From contig JAZRDC010000104.1 in NCBI GenBank assembly GCA_045660065.1, forward strand, positions 1-52,199: DNA of 52,199 bases. Reading direction: 5' to 3'. Positions 9,153-18,863 of this stretch are shown here, piece by piece. Source of the DNA: Clostridia bacterium. GTDB lineage: Bacteria; Bacillota; Clostridia; RGIG6154. Each line of letters begins with the position of its first letter. Within the stretch, counting starts at the first letter, position 1. Under the pieces are notes generated by a model that saw only the letters and a list, made by a program, of their open reading frames with translations, was not told the origin of the DNA and searched no databases. The position numbers and the translations under genes are program-made.

Positions 9153-9180
9153 ATTATACCAAAAATTGGTAAAATGTCAA
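9153..9180 (-). promoter_or_regulatory. Consensus SigA promoter of spo0A
   Basis: Minus strand TTGACA, 16 bp spacer, TG-n-TATAAT. Confidence 0.7.
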
Positions 9181-9276
9181 GTCTTTTTTTTGAAAATTTT
9201 TAAAAATATTTTTTTATGACATAAAAATTCCCGTAAATACAACAAATGCACCCCCAAAAGGAGTGCATTTTTAATT

Positions 9277-10158
9277 TTATAAATCAACACCTAAAAACTT
9301 TTTGGCGAGAATTCCAACGAAGAATGATACAACAGCAACGCCGACGCTTATCAATGACATTTCCAAAAATCTTGGTTTGAATTTTTCACCTTTTGCAACG
9401 GATATGTAGTATGTAAAACCTGCAATAATAAGGATTACCACCGCAATCATAGAGAAAAGTGCCGCCATATAATTTTCGTTACCGAAAAGCAGATATGGAA
9501 GTATCAAAAGTGCAACTGTTACAAGATACGCAATTCCTGTGTAACTGCAGGATTTAAGTGCATCGTTTCTTCCTTCACTTTTTGCGGCTAAGAATTCGCT
9601 TGATGCCATTGAAAAAGTGGCTGAAATTCCCATAATAAGGCCTGAAAGTGCAATAAGACGGGTGTTTTGCATAGCAAATGTAAAACCCGCAAGAGAACCT
9701 GTAAGTTCAACTAATGCGTCATTCATTCCAAGCACCATACTGCCTACATATTGAAGTCTTTCTTCGTCTAACATATCAAGAAGAGCCTTTTCGTGTTCTT
9801 CTTCCTGCTCTCTGATGTGAGTGCTTTCTGCAACTTCTTCAGCAATTATGGCATATTCTTTTTGAGCGATTTCTTCTCCATTTTCCATAAGTTTTACTGC
9901 GAAAGTAAATCCGAAAATACGAGCAATCATTTTATATTTGAAAATTTTGAATTTTTCAGGCTTCATTTCAATGCCTGTGTAATTTTTCCAGATTTCATAG
10001 TGGGCTTTTTCTTCATTTGAAAGTCTTATAAGAGTATCCTTATTTTGGTCGCCTTTTGCAAATTTTGCAATTTCTCTGTAAATTACGCTTTCTGTAAGTT
10101 CGTTTTGTTGCATTTTTTTAATTATTTCAAATGCTTTTTTTGAAAGTTCTTTAGTCAT
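9277..10158 (-). CDS. Ferritin/rubrerythrin-like domain fused to a VIT1/CCC1 membrane domain (MbfA-like iron exporter)
   Basis: N-terminal E..EEKAH..E..EEEH di-iron pattern and VLGMNDALVE / SMASSEFL VIT1 motifs. Confidence 0.8.
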   Translation of the reverse strand: MTKELSKKAFEIIKKMQQNELTESVIYREIAKFAKGDQNKDTLIRLSNEEKAHYEIWKNYTGIEMKPEKFKIFKYKMIARIFGFTFAVKLMENGEEIAQKEYAIIAEEVAESTHIREQEEEHEKALLDMLDEERLQYVGSMVLGMNDALVELTGSLAGFTFAMQNTRLIALSGLIMGISATFSMASSEFLAAKSEGRNDALKSCSYTGIAYLVTVALLILPYLLFGNENYMAALFSMIAVVILIIAGFTYYISVAKGEKFKPRFLEMSLISVGVAVVSFFVGILAKKFLGVDL

Positions 10159-10177
10159 AATTCACCTCGTACTTATA

Positions 10178-11329
10178 TTAATTTTCGGCAACGATGTTAC
10201 CGTCGATTAATACTTTTTCTACTGTTGTGGCAATTTCAAAAGGAGAGCCGTTGCAAATTACAATATCGGCATCTTTGCCAACTTCGATTGAACCAACTCT
10301 GTCCTCTATTCCGATGTGTTCTGCGGCATTGATTGTAATTGCTTTTAAAGCTTCAAATCTGTCTAATCCTGCTTTTATTGCAAAACCTGCACAAATTGGA
10401 AGATTTTCCTGAGTGATAACAGGGGAATCTGTAATAATACAAATATGGCAACCTGCTTTAGAAAGAGCCACAGGTGTTTCCCATGATTTGTTTTTAAGTT
10501 CATACTTGGATGCATTTGTCATTGTAGGACCAACCGCAACTTTATAACCTGCTTTTCCAAGTTCTTCTGCAATCAAGTGCCCTTCTGTAACGTGTTCAAG
10601 AGTTAATTTTACACCGAATTCTTCTGCTATGCGAATTGCAGTAAATATGTCATTTGCCTGATGGGCGTGTGCTTTGAGCGGAATTTCACCACGCATAACA
10701 GGTAAAAGCGCATGCAATTTTGAATCAAATGCAGGATATTTTGTTTCGTCGCCATCTGCCGCATCAATTGCCTTTTTATAGCGATTTGCTTTAGTTAAAA
10801 TATCACGGATTACCGCCGCAAGTGTCATTCTTGAAGCAACAGATTTGCTTCCGTAACCATTGATAATGTTTTCACCGAAAGCACATTTCATTGCAACATT
10901 ATTTTTAATTACCATATCATCAACGCGTTTTCCAACAGTTTTAAGTGCAACAAATGTTCCGCCAATAGCATTCAAACTACCGGGGCCTGTGCAAACTGAT
11001 GTAACACCGCTTTTTCTTGCATTTACAAAGTTTGCATCAAATGGATCAATGCCGTCAATTCCGCGAAGGTGAGGTGTAAGAACATCATTACTTTCGTTAT
11101 GGTCAGAACCAACTTTTCCCTGACCTGAACGGGCGCAAATACCTATATGACAATGAGCCTCAACAAATCCCGGGTAAATTTCTTTTCCTGAAGCGTCAAT
11201 TACAATTTCGTTTTCTGAATAATCAAGATTTTCACCAATGGCTTTAATTTTTCCATCTGCAATTAAAATGTCGGCAACATAAGCCTCTTTTTTTACTGCA
11301 TCATTAATAAGTCCGTTTTTAATAATCAT
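10178..11329 (-). CDS. Metal-dependent amidohydrolase (imidazolonepropionase-like superfamily)
   Basis: PGFVEAHCHIG, MKCAFGEN, HAHQ, LEH, ITDSPV, ITINAA, GSIEVGKDADIVI. Confidence 0.85.
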   Translation of the reverse strand: MIIKNGLINDAVKKEAYVADILIADGKIKAIGENLDYSENEIVIDASGKEIYPGFVEAHCHIGICARSGQGKVGSDHNESNDVLTPHLRGIDGIDPFDANFVNARKSGVTSVCTGPGSLNAIGGTFVALKTVGKRVDDMVIKNNVAMKCAFGENIINGYGSKSVASRMTLAAVIRDILTKANRYKKAIDAADGDETKYPAFDSKLHALLPVMRGEIPLKAHAHQANDIFTAIRIAEEFGVKLTLEHVTEGHLIAEELGKAGYKVAVGPTMTNASKYELKNKSWETPVALSKAGCHICIITDSPVITQENLPICAGFAIKAGLDRFEALKAITINAAEHIGIEDRVGSIEVGKDADIVICNGSPFEIATTVEKVLIDGNIVAEN

Positions 11330-11489
11330 AATCTGTTCTCCTTTTTTTGTTTAAGGTACCATTACAAAGTTTCAAGACCCATAAGTATACGTCCAAGCAG
11401 AAACTTTACTGTAAACTGTTCGTGCAGGAATACAAAGGCTAAATAAACCACATAATAATACCTTCGGGAAAATATTCATATTATAATTT

Positions 11490-11518
11490 ATTTTACCATA
11501 AAATGAATATCTTTTCAA
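11490..11518 (-). promoter_or_regulatory. SigA promoter giving the amidohydrolase a ~155-nt leader
   Basis: Minus strand TTGAAA, 17 bp spacer, TG-n-TAAAAT. Confidence 0.6.
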
Positions 11519-11531
11519 TGTTTATTTAACT

Positions 11532-12194
11532 TTAAAGAGTTTCTAAAAATTTAATAATTCTGTTTGCGAGTAATTTGTGTCCCGCATCGTTAGGATGCAG
11601 ACCATCTGGGATATAAGTTTCAGTAATAACAGGGATTGCAGGCTGAATTCCGCTCGTTTTATACATATCAAGAACAGGAATTGAGTAATACTCTGCCATC
11701 TGTCTTATAACTTCTACGTAATCTTTTAAAATATATGGTTTGTTTGCCTGAGGCATATCTTCACGAGATACATATTCCAATTCATTGTTTCTGTGAAGGG
11801 GAGTAAGTATAACAATCTGTGATGCAGGATATTTTTCAATCAGCATAGTGTAAAGTGTGTGCAAACCGCCATAGAAAGTGTAAGGGTCGCGATTGTCAAA
11901 ACTACCAAGTTTCGCATCGCCATGTCCCCAGTCATTTGTACCGCCGAAAACAACTACGATATCAGCATCACCATCTAACTCAGGCACTCTTGAAATAAAA
12001 TCCTTATCCCAGTTTGAATTTTCAGACGGAACAGTCTGCTTTGCAATTCTTGTACCGCTGATACCAAAGTTTTTGCATATTGCACCTGTTTGCTTTGCAA
12101 TTCTGTCCACAAAACGGTTTTCGGGATTTGCAACGCCAACACCTTCTGTAATACTGTCGCCTAAGAAAACAATTTTTTTATTTTTAAGTTCCAT
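11532..12194 (-). CDS. SGNH/GDSL hydrolase (esterase)
   Basis: FLGDSIT, GISG, GGTND and DGLHPN blocks. Confidence 0.92.
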   Translation of the reverse strand: MELKNKKIVFLGDSITEGVGVANPENRFVDRIAKQTGAICKNFGISGTRIAKQTVPSENSNWDKDFISRVPELDGDADIVVVFGGTNDWGHGDAKLGSFDNRDPYTFYGGLHTLYTMLIEKYPASQIVILTPLHRNNELEYVSREDMPQANKPYILKDYVEVIRQMAEYYSIPVLDMYKTSGIQPAIPVITETYIPDGLHPNDAGHKLLANRIIKFLETL

Positions 12195-12351
12195 TTTATT
12201 ACTCCTTTAATTTCTTTTAATGATATTATATCACTTTTGAAAAATTAAGCAATATATTAGAATGTAAAATATTTGAAAAATTGCCCACATTGACTTTTTT
12301 CTTTATTTATAGTATAATACACAGAGTTTGATTTTAACGAGGTATTAATAA

Positions 12352-13575
12352 ATGAGTAAAGAAAATCAGAATATTTCCCTGCGTTGGTTTTATATGATTG
12401 TTGGCGTTGTTGCAATGCTGTTTGCAGGTGTTTTGTACGCGTGGTCAATTTTAAAATCACCATTGTCGGCAGGTTTTGGGTGGAGTGCATCATCTCTTGC
12501 ACTTAACTTTACACTGGCAATGAGTTTTTTCTGCATAGGTGGTCTTTTGGGAGCAAAAATTTCCAAAAGTATGGGGCACAGAATTGCACTTATAATAGCA
12601 GGAGTTTTGTCGGTTTTGGGATTTGGTTTAACATCGGCTTTAAGCGGCAAAGCAGTGTGGTTGCTTTATATTACATATGGCGTATTGGCAGGGTCTGGCA
12701 TCGGAATTGCATATAATGTGGTTATAGCAACTGTAAGCGCCTGGTTTCCTGATAAAAAAGGTCTTTGTTCAGGTTGTCTTATGATGGGATTTGGCGCATC
12801 TGCACTTGTGCTTGGTAATATAGTTGATGCAATGTTTAAAAGTACATTGGGCTGGAGAATGACTTATGTATTTTTAGGCGCATCTATTTGCGTAGTTTTG
12901 GTCTTAGCAGGACTTTTGCTTAAAAAACCTGATGCAGATACCATTCTTCCAAGTCCGAAAGTTAATAAAAAAACAACATCAGAAAACTTTGAATCAAAAG
13001 ATTATACAACAGGGCAAATGCTTTTAAGACCATCATTCTGGATGGCATTTGTATGCATTTCATTTTTGGCGGCAGTAGGCAGTTCGGTAATCAGTTTTGC
13101 AAAAGACCTTGCGTTATCAGTAAATGCCCCTGAGTCTTTGGCAGTTTCATTAGTGGGTGTTTTGTCTGTGTGCAACGGCTTGGGAAGAATTATTACAGGC
13201 GCAGTTTACGATGTAATCGGCAGAAGAAAAACAATGCTTTGTGCAAATGTTTTAACAATCCTTGCGGCAACAGTTACATTAATTGCTGTATCTGTTGGCT
13301 CACTTCCTCTTTGTATTACAGGTTTGTGCCTTACAGGTATGTCATATGGTGCGTGTCCTACAATTACAGCGGCATTTACATCATCATTTTTCGGTATGAA
13401 AAACTTTTCAACCAATATGGCGCTTATGACCTTTACAGTTATGGGCGGCTCACTGATTGCCACCCTGTCAACCAAAGTTTTAGAATTAACAGGTGGATAT
13501 GAGGGAGCATTTGCAATGCTTTTGACTTTGACATTTGCAGCACTCGTTTTAAATATTTTTATCCGCAAACCGTGA
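12352..13575 (+). CDS. MFS transporter, oxalate:formate antiporter (OFA) family
   Basis: About 12 hydrophobic segments; LYAWS, WFPDKKGL, NGLGRII, FFGMKNFSTN. Confidence 0.85.
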   Translation: MSKENQNISLRWFYMIVGVVAMLFAGVLYAWSILKSPLSAGFGWSASSLALNFTLAMSFFCIGGLLGAKISKSMGHRIALIIAGVLSVLGFGLTSALSGKAVWLLYITYGVLAGSGIGIAYNVVIATVSAWFPDKKGLCSGCLMMGFGASALVLGNIVDAMFKSTLGWRMTYVFLGASICVVLVLAGLLLKKPDADTILPSPKVNKKTTSENFESKDYTTGQMLLRPSFWMAFVCISFLAAVGSSVISFAKDLALSVNAPESLAVSLVGVLSVCNGLGRIITGAVYDVIGRRKTMLCANVLTILAATVTLIAVSVGSLPLCITGLCLTGMSYGACPTITAAFTSSFFGMKNFSTNMALMTFTVMGGSLIATLSTKVLELTGGYEGAFAMLLTLTFAALVLNIFIRKP

Positions 13576-13587
13576 TAATAAAAAAAT

Positions 13588-13618
13588 AAAGGCAGTCTGG
13601 TTTTCCGGACTGCCTTTT
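13588..13618. terminator. Bidirectional terminator (MFS / kbl)
   Basis: AAAGGCAGTCTGG-tttt-CCGGACTGCCTTT. Confidence 0.8.
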
Positions 13619-13628
13619 ACTTTTATTT

Positions 13629-14810
13629 TTAAAGATTCATTTCCTCTTTTACTTGTTTAAAACAATCTACAATATACAAAATATCTTCTTCGCTAAGTGC
13701 TGCAGAAAGTTGAGTTCTTATTCTTGCTTTACCTTTTGGAACCACAGGGTATGAAAATGCAACTACATAAACACCCTTTTCCATCATACGTTTTGCCATT
13801 TCAACAGCCTTATGTTCATCATAGAGCATAACCGGAATAATTGGAGTGCCGCCATCTATAACATCAAGCCCGATTTCTTTAATCTTTTCAGCAAAAAGTT
13901 TAGTATTACTGAAAAGTTTTTCTCTCATAGAAAAATCATTTTCGATGACTTCGAGCACTTTTAATGAACCGGCTGCAACTGCTGGTGCCAATGTGTTTGA
14001 AAAAAGATAAGGTCTGGAACGTTGACGCAGTAAATCAATAATCTCTTTTCTTCCAGAGGTAAACCCACCTGACGCTCCACCAAGAGCTTTACCAAAAGTT
14101 CCTGTTATAATATCTACTTTATCACTAACACCACAGTATTCAGGTGTTCCTCTGCCGGTATCACCCATAAATCCCGCCGCATGGCTGTCATCTACCATAA
14201 CAAGTGCATCGTATTCTTCTGCAAGTTCACAGATGCATTTTAAATTTGCTACGATACCATCCATAGAGAATACACCGTCTGTTGCTATAAGTTTTATACG
14301 ACAATTACGCGCTTCTTCAAGTTTTGAACGTAAATCATCCATATCATTATTTTTATAACGAAATCTTTGTGCTTTACAAAGTCTGATTCCATCTATAATA
14401 CTTGCGTGGTTTAATTCATCGCTGATGATGGCATCTTCAGGACCAAGCAGGGTCTCGAAAAGTCCGCCATTTGCATCAAAACATGAGGAATACAAAATTG
14501 TATCTTCAGTACCAAGAAATTTACTTAAGTGTTCTTCCAGATTCTTATGAAGTTTCTGAGTACCACAGATAAAGCGAACGGATGATAAACCGTAACCGTA
14601 TTCATCATAACTTTTTTTCGCAGCCTTAATGACATCAGGATTGTTTGCTAATCCAAGATAATTGTTTGCACACATATTTATAACCGCTCTGCCATCATCG
14701 AGTTGAACCTTGCTACCCTGTGGAGAAGTTATTACCTTTTCATTTTTTGTAAGTCCTTCTTTTTCGATAGTTTCGCATACTTCTTTAAAATATTTTAATG
14801 CTGTTTTCAT
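13629..14810 (-). CDS. kbl: 2-amino-3-ketobutyrate CoA ligase (glycine C-acetyltransferase)
   Basis: [38 protein letters not shown] (PLP lysine), ARIRTQ. Adjacent to tdh. Confidence 0.95.
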   Translation of the reverse strand: MKTALKYFKEVCETIEKEGLTKNEKVITSPQGSKVQLDDGRAVINMCANNYLGLANNPDVIKAAKKSYDEYGYGLSSVRFICGTQKLHKNLEEHLSKFLGTEDTILYSSCFDANGGLFETLLGPEDAIISDELNHASIIDGIRLCKAQRFRYKNNDMDDLRSKLEEARNCRIKLIATDGVFSMDGIVANLKCICELAEEYDALVMVDDSHAAGFMGDTGRGTPEYCGVSDKVDIITGTFGKALGGASGGFTSGRKEIIDLLRQRSRPYLFSNTLAPAVAAGSLKVLEVIENDFSMREKLFSNTKLFAEKIKEIGLDVIDGGTPIIPVMLYDEHKAVEMAKRMMEKGVYVVAFSYPVVPKGKARIRTQLSAALSEEDILYIVDCFKQVKEEMNL

Positions 14811-14821
14811 ATTAAAACCTC

Positions 14822-15862
14822 CTATTCAAGTGTTGTCCAGTCAAGAATAACCTTGCCGCTTTTACCGCTGTTCATCGCTTCAAATCCTTTTTCATATTCG
14901 GTAATATCCATACGGTGAGTTATTATGTTTGATATATCAAGTCCACCCTGAAGCATTGCAGACATTTTATACCAGGTTTCGTGCATTTCTCTGCCGTATA
15001 TACCTTTAATAATCAAACCATTGAATATAATCTTTGACCAATCGACCTTACTGTCGCTTTTTAAAAGTCCAAGAAGGGCGATTTTTCCTCCGTGTATCAT
15101 ATGATCTATCATTGTATTAAGCGCGATTTCACTACCGGACATTTCAAGCCCTACATCAAAGCCTTCTTTTATAGACAATCGCTCCATAATATCTGAAAGA
15201 TTTTCCTTCGATGTATTTATCGTGTACTGTATACCAAGTTTTTTGGCAAGTTCAAGCCTTTCGTCGTTGATATCTGTAATAACAACACGACGTGCACCAA
15301 CATGCTTGCAGACTGCAGCCGCCATGATTCCTATGGGACCGGCACCTGTGATAAGTACATCCTCACCGGTAAGTTCAAAGGAAAGTGCTGTATGTACAGC
15401 ATTGCCAAAGGGATCAAAAATTGAGTATAATTCTTCCGGGATATCTTTTTCGCATTTACGGACATTTTCCTGGGGAATAACCAGATACTGTGCAAATGCA
15501 CCGTCTCGATTTACACCAACTCCAACTGTTTCTTTACACAAATGACCGTTTCCTGCAAGACAATTACGGCATTTGCCACAAACAATATGACCTTCACCAG
15601 AAACGATATCACCAATTTTCCAATTGTTTACATTGCTTCCGATTTCCACAATTTCACCAACATATTCATGTCCTATAACACGAGGCGTCTCTATTGTTTT
15701 TTGTGACCATTCGTCCCAGTTATATATATGCAGGTCAGTTCCGCATATAGCGGTCTTATGTATTTTAATTTTTACATCGTTAACTCCAACAATCGGTTCA
15801 GGTACATCCTCAAACCACAAACCTTTTTGTGGGTATTTTTTAACAAGTGCTTTCATGGTCAT
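14822..15862 (-). CDS. tdh: L-threonine 3-dehydrogenase
   Basis: [50 protein letters not shown]. Start may instead be ATG 15856. Confidence 0.96.
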   Translation of the reverse strand: MTMKALVKKYPQKGLWFEDVPEPIVGVNDVKIKIHKTAICGTDLHIYNWDEWSQKTIETPRVIGHEYVGEIVEIGSNVNNWKIGDIVSGEGHIVCGKCRNCLAGNGHLCKETVGVGVNRDGAFAQYLVIPQENVRKCEKDIPEELYSIFDPFGNAVHTALSFELTGEDVLITGAGPIGIMAAAVCKHVGARRVVITDINDERLELAKKLGIQYTINTSKENLSDIMERLSIKEGFDVGLEMSGSEIALNTMIDHMIHGGKIALLGLLKSDSKVDWSKIIFNGLIIKGIYGREMHETWYKMSAMLQGGLDISNIITHRMDITEYEKGFEAMNSGKSGKVILDWTTLE

Positions 15863-15878
15863 TGTCCTTCCATAATAA

Positions 15879-16778
15879 TTATATATTTTTTAGTGTTTTT
15901 TCCATCAGCCCAATAAATTCATTAGTAATACCGGAAACTTTGCGTTCTTCATTAAGCAAATATCCAATAATATAAAATCCTTTGCTTTCAAAAGGAACAC
16001 TTATAATATCATTTTTATTAAGCGCTGAAGGCATAATTCCTGTACCTATAGTATATGCATCCGTAAGCATTAAGAGATTCATAAGCGTGGCTCTGTCGCT
16101 TATCTCAATATGCTTGTCAATGTATGAGGTGTCAGTAAGTTCTTCAGTAAAAAATGAACTGCTGTGTTCACCTTGTTCATATGATACATAGGGATACTCT
16201 TTAAGGTCTGAAGTTGATAACTTTTCGCAGTTTGAGAGCGGATGTTGATTTCGGAAAAAAACATGGGGTTTAACTTCTATAATAGGGGTGAAGCGCAAAT
16301 TCTTTTTACCTAAATAACGTTTCATTACATCAAAATCGCCATCCTTAATAGCGATTATGCCTATATCGCTTTGAGCTGTTTCAACATCACAAATAACATC
16401 ATAGGTTTGAATTTCTCTTATTGAGAAACGGTAGTTTTCACTGTTTATGGATTTCAAAAAATTACCGAAAATATCAGCAATAAAATCATAATGTTGTGTT
16501 GAAATATATAATTTTTTTGATATTTTTTTCTTGTACCTTTCCGTAACAAAATCACTATTTTCACATATTTGAGTTGCATATTTTACAAACTCTGCGCCTT
16601 CATCAGTCAGGTATACACCGTTTCCGGAACGCTCAAAGATTTTTATTTCCAACTCTTGTTCTAAAGATTTTATACTAACCGAAAGCGACGATTGAGCTAT
16701 AAAAAGTTGTTTAGCCGCTTCGTTAAATGACCCTGTTTTTGCAACAGCTAATACATATTTACATTGCTGAATAGTCAA
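15879..16778 (-). CDS. LysR-family regulator
   Basis: MTIQQCKY...[24 protein letters not shown] 16778 after GAGGTG. Confidence 0.9.
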   Translation of the reverse strand: MTIQQCKYVLAVAKTGSFNEAAKQLFIAQSSLSVSIKSLEQELEIKIFERSGNGVYLTDEGAEFVKYATQICENSDFVTERYKKKISKKLYISTQHYDFIADIFGNFLKSINSENYRFSIREIQTYDVICDVETAQSDIGIIAIKDGDFDVMKRYLGKKNLRFTPIIEVKPHVFFRNQHPLSNCEKLSTSDLKEYPYVSYEQGEHSSSFFTEELTDTSYIDKHIEISDRATLMNLLMLTDAYTIGTGIMPSALNKNDIISVPFESKGFYIIGYLLNEERKVSGITNEFIGLMEKTLKNI

Positions 16779-16909
16779 TTTAAATTTCACCTCATAAAAA
16801 TATTTCTTTTATAATTATATATCTTTTATAGTCTTGTGTCTAATATATAATTTCTATCGTTTTTGTTCAAAAAAACTAATAAGCAGGTTTTACTATAACC
16901 GTCTATGTA

Positions 16910-16944
16910 AAAATACCCGTCTATATTGCATAGACGAGCATTTT
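16910..16944 (-). terminator. spoIVB terminator
   Basis: Minus strand ATGCTCGTCTAT-gcaat-ATAGACGGGTAT followed by TTTT. Confidence 0.65.
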
Positions 16945-16945
16945 C

Positions 16946-17989
16946 TCATTTGATTTTCTCTGCCTGAGAGAGCATATTCTCAATAAATATCCCATAGCCT
17001 CGTGTTGGGTCGTTTACAAACACATGGGTAACAGCACCAACCAGTTTCCCATTCTGGATTATTGGGCTGCCGCTCATTCCTTGCACAATTCCATCAGTTT
17101 TTTCTAAAAGGCGGGGATCGGTGATTTTGATAATCATACCCTTAGATGTGTAAAGACCGCTTTTTATAATTTTTGAAATTTCTATTTTATATTCGGTTAT
17201 TTCTTCACCATTTATGCAACAATAAATAGTGGCATCACCTTCAGTTATTTCACTCTGGTGGGCAACAGGCAAGGGAGAATTGGTGGTTTTGGCAATAGAA
17301 TATGTTCCGAAAATTCCCACGGGAGAATTTTGGAAAAGTTCGCCTAAATATCTTTCGTCGCTTAAAAATACACCGCCAAGTTCACCAGGATCGCCTGATT
17401 TACCTTTTCTTATTGTGGTTACAGAAGCATTGTATGCACTTGCATTTTTCATTAAAAGAATTTTTTCGGTGTCCTGATCGGTTATGGCATGTCCAAGAGC
17501 ACCAAAAGTATTGTTTTCAGGATTGTAATAGGTTACCGTTCCGATGCCTGCGGTACTGTCGCGGACCCACAGCCCTAATTTTTTGTTGCCGTCTTCTGCT
17601 GATATAACAGGGGTGATTTTTGTTTTGAACTTATAGCCATTTCGGATAACCGTAAGTTCTACTTCGTCTGAAAACTGAATGCATCTGCTTAAATCTTCAT
17701 TGGTGTAAACAGGCACGGAATTTACTTCAGTTATATAATCACCACTTTTAAGACCGGCTTCTTTTGCAGGATTTTTCTTGCCTTTTTCAGTTTCAACACT
17801 GTCTGAATTTAAAATATGAACACCATCTATATAAAATTTTACGCCTATTACATTTCCTCCGGGGATAAGAACATCGGGGAGATTGCTTTTTTGTGTTGAC
17901 ACATCTGAAAGCCCGTTTGCCACAAAACCACAGGTAAAAAATACGACGATTATAAATATAGAAAGTATTCCTTTTGCTTTGTTTTTCAA
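16946..17989 (-). CDS. spoIVB: SpoIVB serine peptidase (S55)
   Basis: PGG-x-VIGVK, PDZ region, GLWVRDSTAGIGTVT, GALGH, GIVQGMSGSPIIQNGKLVGAVTHVFVNDPTRGYG. Confidence 0.96.
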   Translation of the reverse strand: MKNKAKGILSIFIIVVFFTCGFVANGLSDVSTQKSNLPDVLIPGGNVIGVKFYIDGVHILNSDSVETEKGKKNPAKEAGLKSGDYITEVNSVPVYTNEDLSRCIQFSDEVELTVIRNGYKFKTKITPVISAEDGNKKLGLWVRDSTAGIGTVTYYNPENNTFGALGHAITDQDTEKILLMKNASAYNASVTTIRKGKSGDPGELGGVFLSDERYLGELFQNSPVGIFGTYSIAKTTNSPLPVAHQSEITEGDATIYCCINGEEITEYKIEISKIIKSGLYTSKGMIIKITDPRLLEKTDGIVQGMSGSPIIQNGKLVGAVTHVFVNDPTRGYGIFIENMLSQAEKIK

Positions 17990-18100
17990 GGAACACACCT
18001 CGCTGAAATTAAAATTTACAATAATAATTTTTGATTTTTAAAAAATTATATACTGTAAATTAGGTGCACAATATCTTAAAAAAACCTTGAAAAAATTTTC

Positions 18101-18126
18101 AAAAAAAAGCACCGCCGAAGCGGTGC
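18101..18126 (-). terminator. hpf terminator
   Basis: Minus strand GCACCGC-ttcg-GCGGTGC followed by a T run. Confidence 0.85.
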
Positions 18127-18147
18127 AACATTTGTTTACTTGTACTA

Positions 18148-18672
18148 TTAATCTGTTTCTATAAGACCGTAATTTTTATCCTTACGTTTATATACAATAT
18201 TTACTTTTTCAGTGTCGCTGTTTATAAATACAAAGAATTCATGGCCAAGCAAATTCATTTGCAAAATAGCCTCGTCCACGCTCATAGGTTTCATGAAGAA
18301 TTTTTTGGATTTAACAACCTTAAATTCTTTTTCCTCTTCAACCTCCGATGGACTTTCAAAATAAACATCGGGAGTAAAGGTCTTGATTTTTCTGGCAATT
18401 TTGGTCTTGTACTTTCTGAACTGACCTTCCAAAACATCAATGATTTTATCTATTGCAATTTTAGCATCCGGATCTGAGCTTTCAGCTCTTATAATCATAT
18501 CATCTGAGCGGATTGCAATTTCAAGAAAAATCTTGTCCTTTTGAGTATTAAAGGTTGCTGTAGCCTCTGCCGACGCACCCAGAAGCTTATCAAACTTCAA
18601 TAATTTGCTCTCTAATTTTTCTTTTGTTGTATCGTTGAGAGTAACTTTTCTTTCTACAATATTAATCTTCAT
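18148..18672 (-). CDS. hpf: Long-form ribosome hibernation promoting factor (HPF/RaiA)
   Basis: S30AE N-terminal domain and C-terminal KPMSVDEAILQMNLLGHEFFVF...VYKRKDKNYGLIE. Confidence 0.95.
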   Translation of the reverse strand: MKINIVERKVTLNDTTKEKLESKLLKFDKLLGASAEATATFNTQKDKIFLEIAIRSDDMIIRAESSDPDAKIAIDKIIDVLEGQFRKYKTKIARKIKTFTPDVYFESPSEVEEEKEFKVVKSKKFFMKPMSVDEAILQMNLLGHEFFVFINSDTEKVNIVYKRKDKNYGLIETD

Positions 18673-18852
18673 GGTAAACTCCTCTCACGCATGGTCTTGA
18701 ATTCAAGACTTTAATGCAAAGTATTTTGCGGCTCAATGACATACGTAACAGTCACTAAAACCTATTTAGTTGTGAAACATTCCTCTTCAATACCCATTGG
18801 AATCACCCCTGAAACAGTTTACCTTTTATGTTATAACACCTGTCTGGTGTTT
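18673..18852 (-). ncRNA. Candidate structured 5' leader RNA of hpf
   Basis: Long-range GGUAAACU/AGUUUACC stem enclosing at least five short hairpins (see findings). Confidence 0.45.
18762..18797 (-). CDS. Candidate upstream leader peptide MGIEEECFTTK
   Basis: ATG at 18797 preceded by AGGGGTGA (18803-18810); TAG at 18762-18764. Confidence 0.35.
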   Translation of the reverse strand: MGIEEECFTTK

Positions 18853-18863
18853 TCACTGTATAT

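Noticed and set aside
11353-11366. UGGUACC in the amidohydrolase leader as a T-box antiterminator
   Set aside because: The GGGUGG-x-ACCGCG context, stem I motifs and terminator are all missing.
16899-16924. Direct repeat CCGTCTAT near the spoIVB terminator as an insertion scar or att site
   Set aside because: I found no matching copy at the spo0A side of the interval and no recombinase nearby.
18000-18060. SigF/SigG promoter for spoIVB
   Set aside because: A GTATA -35 is present but the -10 match is too poor to call.
18673-18852. Calling the hpf leader a canonical raiA-motif RNA or 6S RNA
   Set aside because: Only short fragments resemble raiA and their spacing is too short. The multi-hairpin layout does not fit the 6S rod with a central bubble. 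Left as an unassigned candidate.
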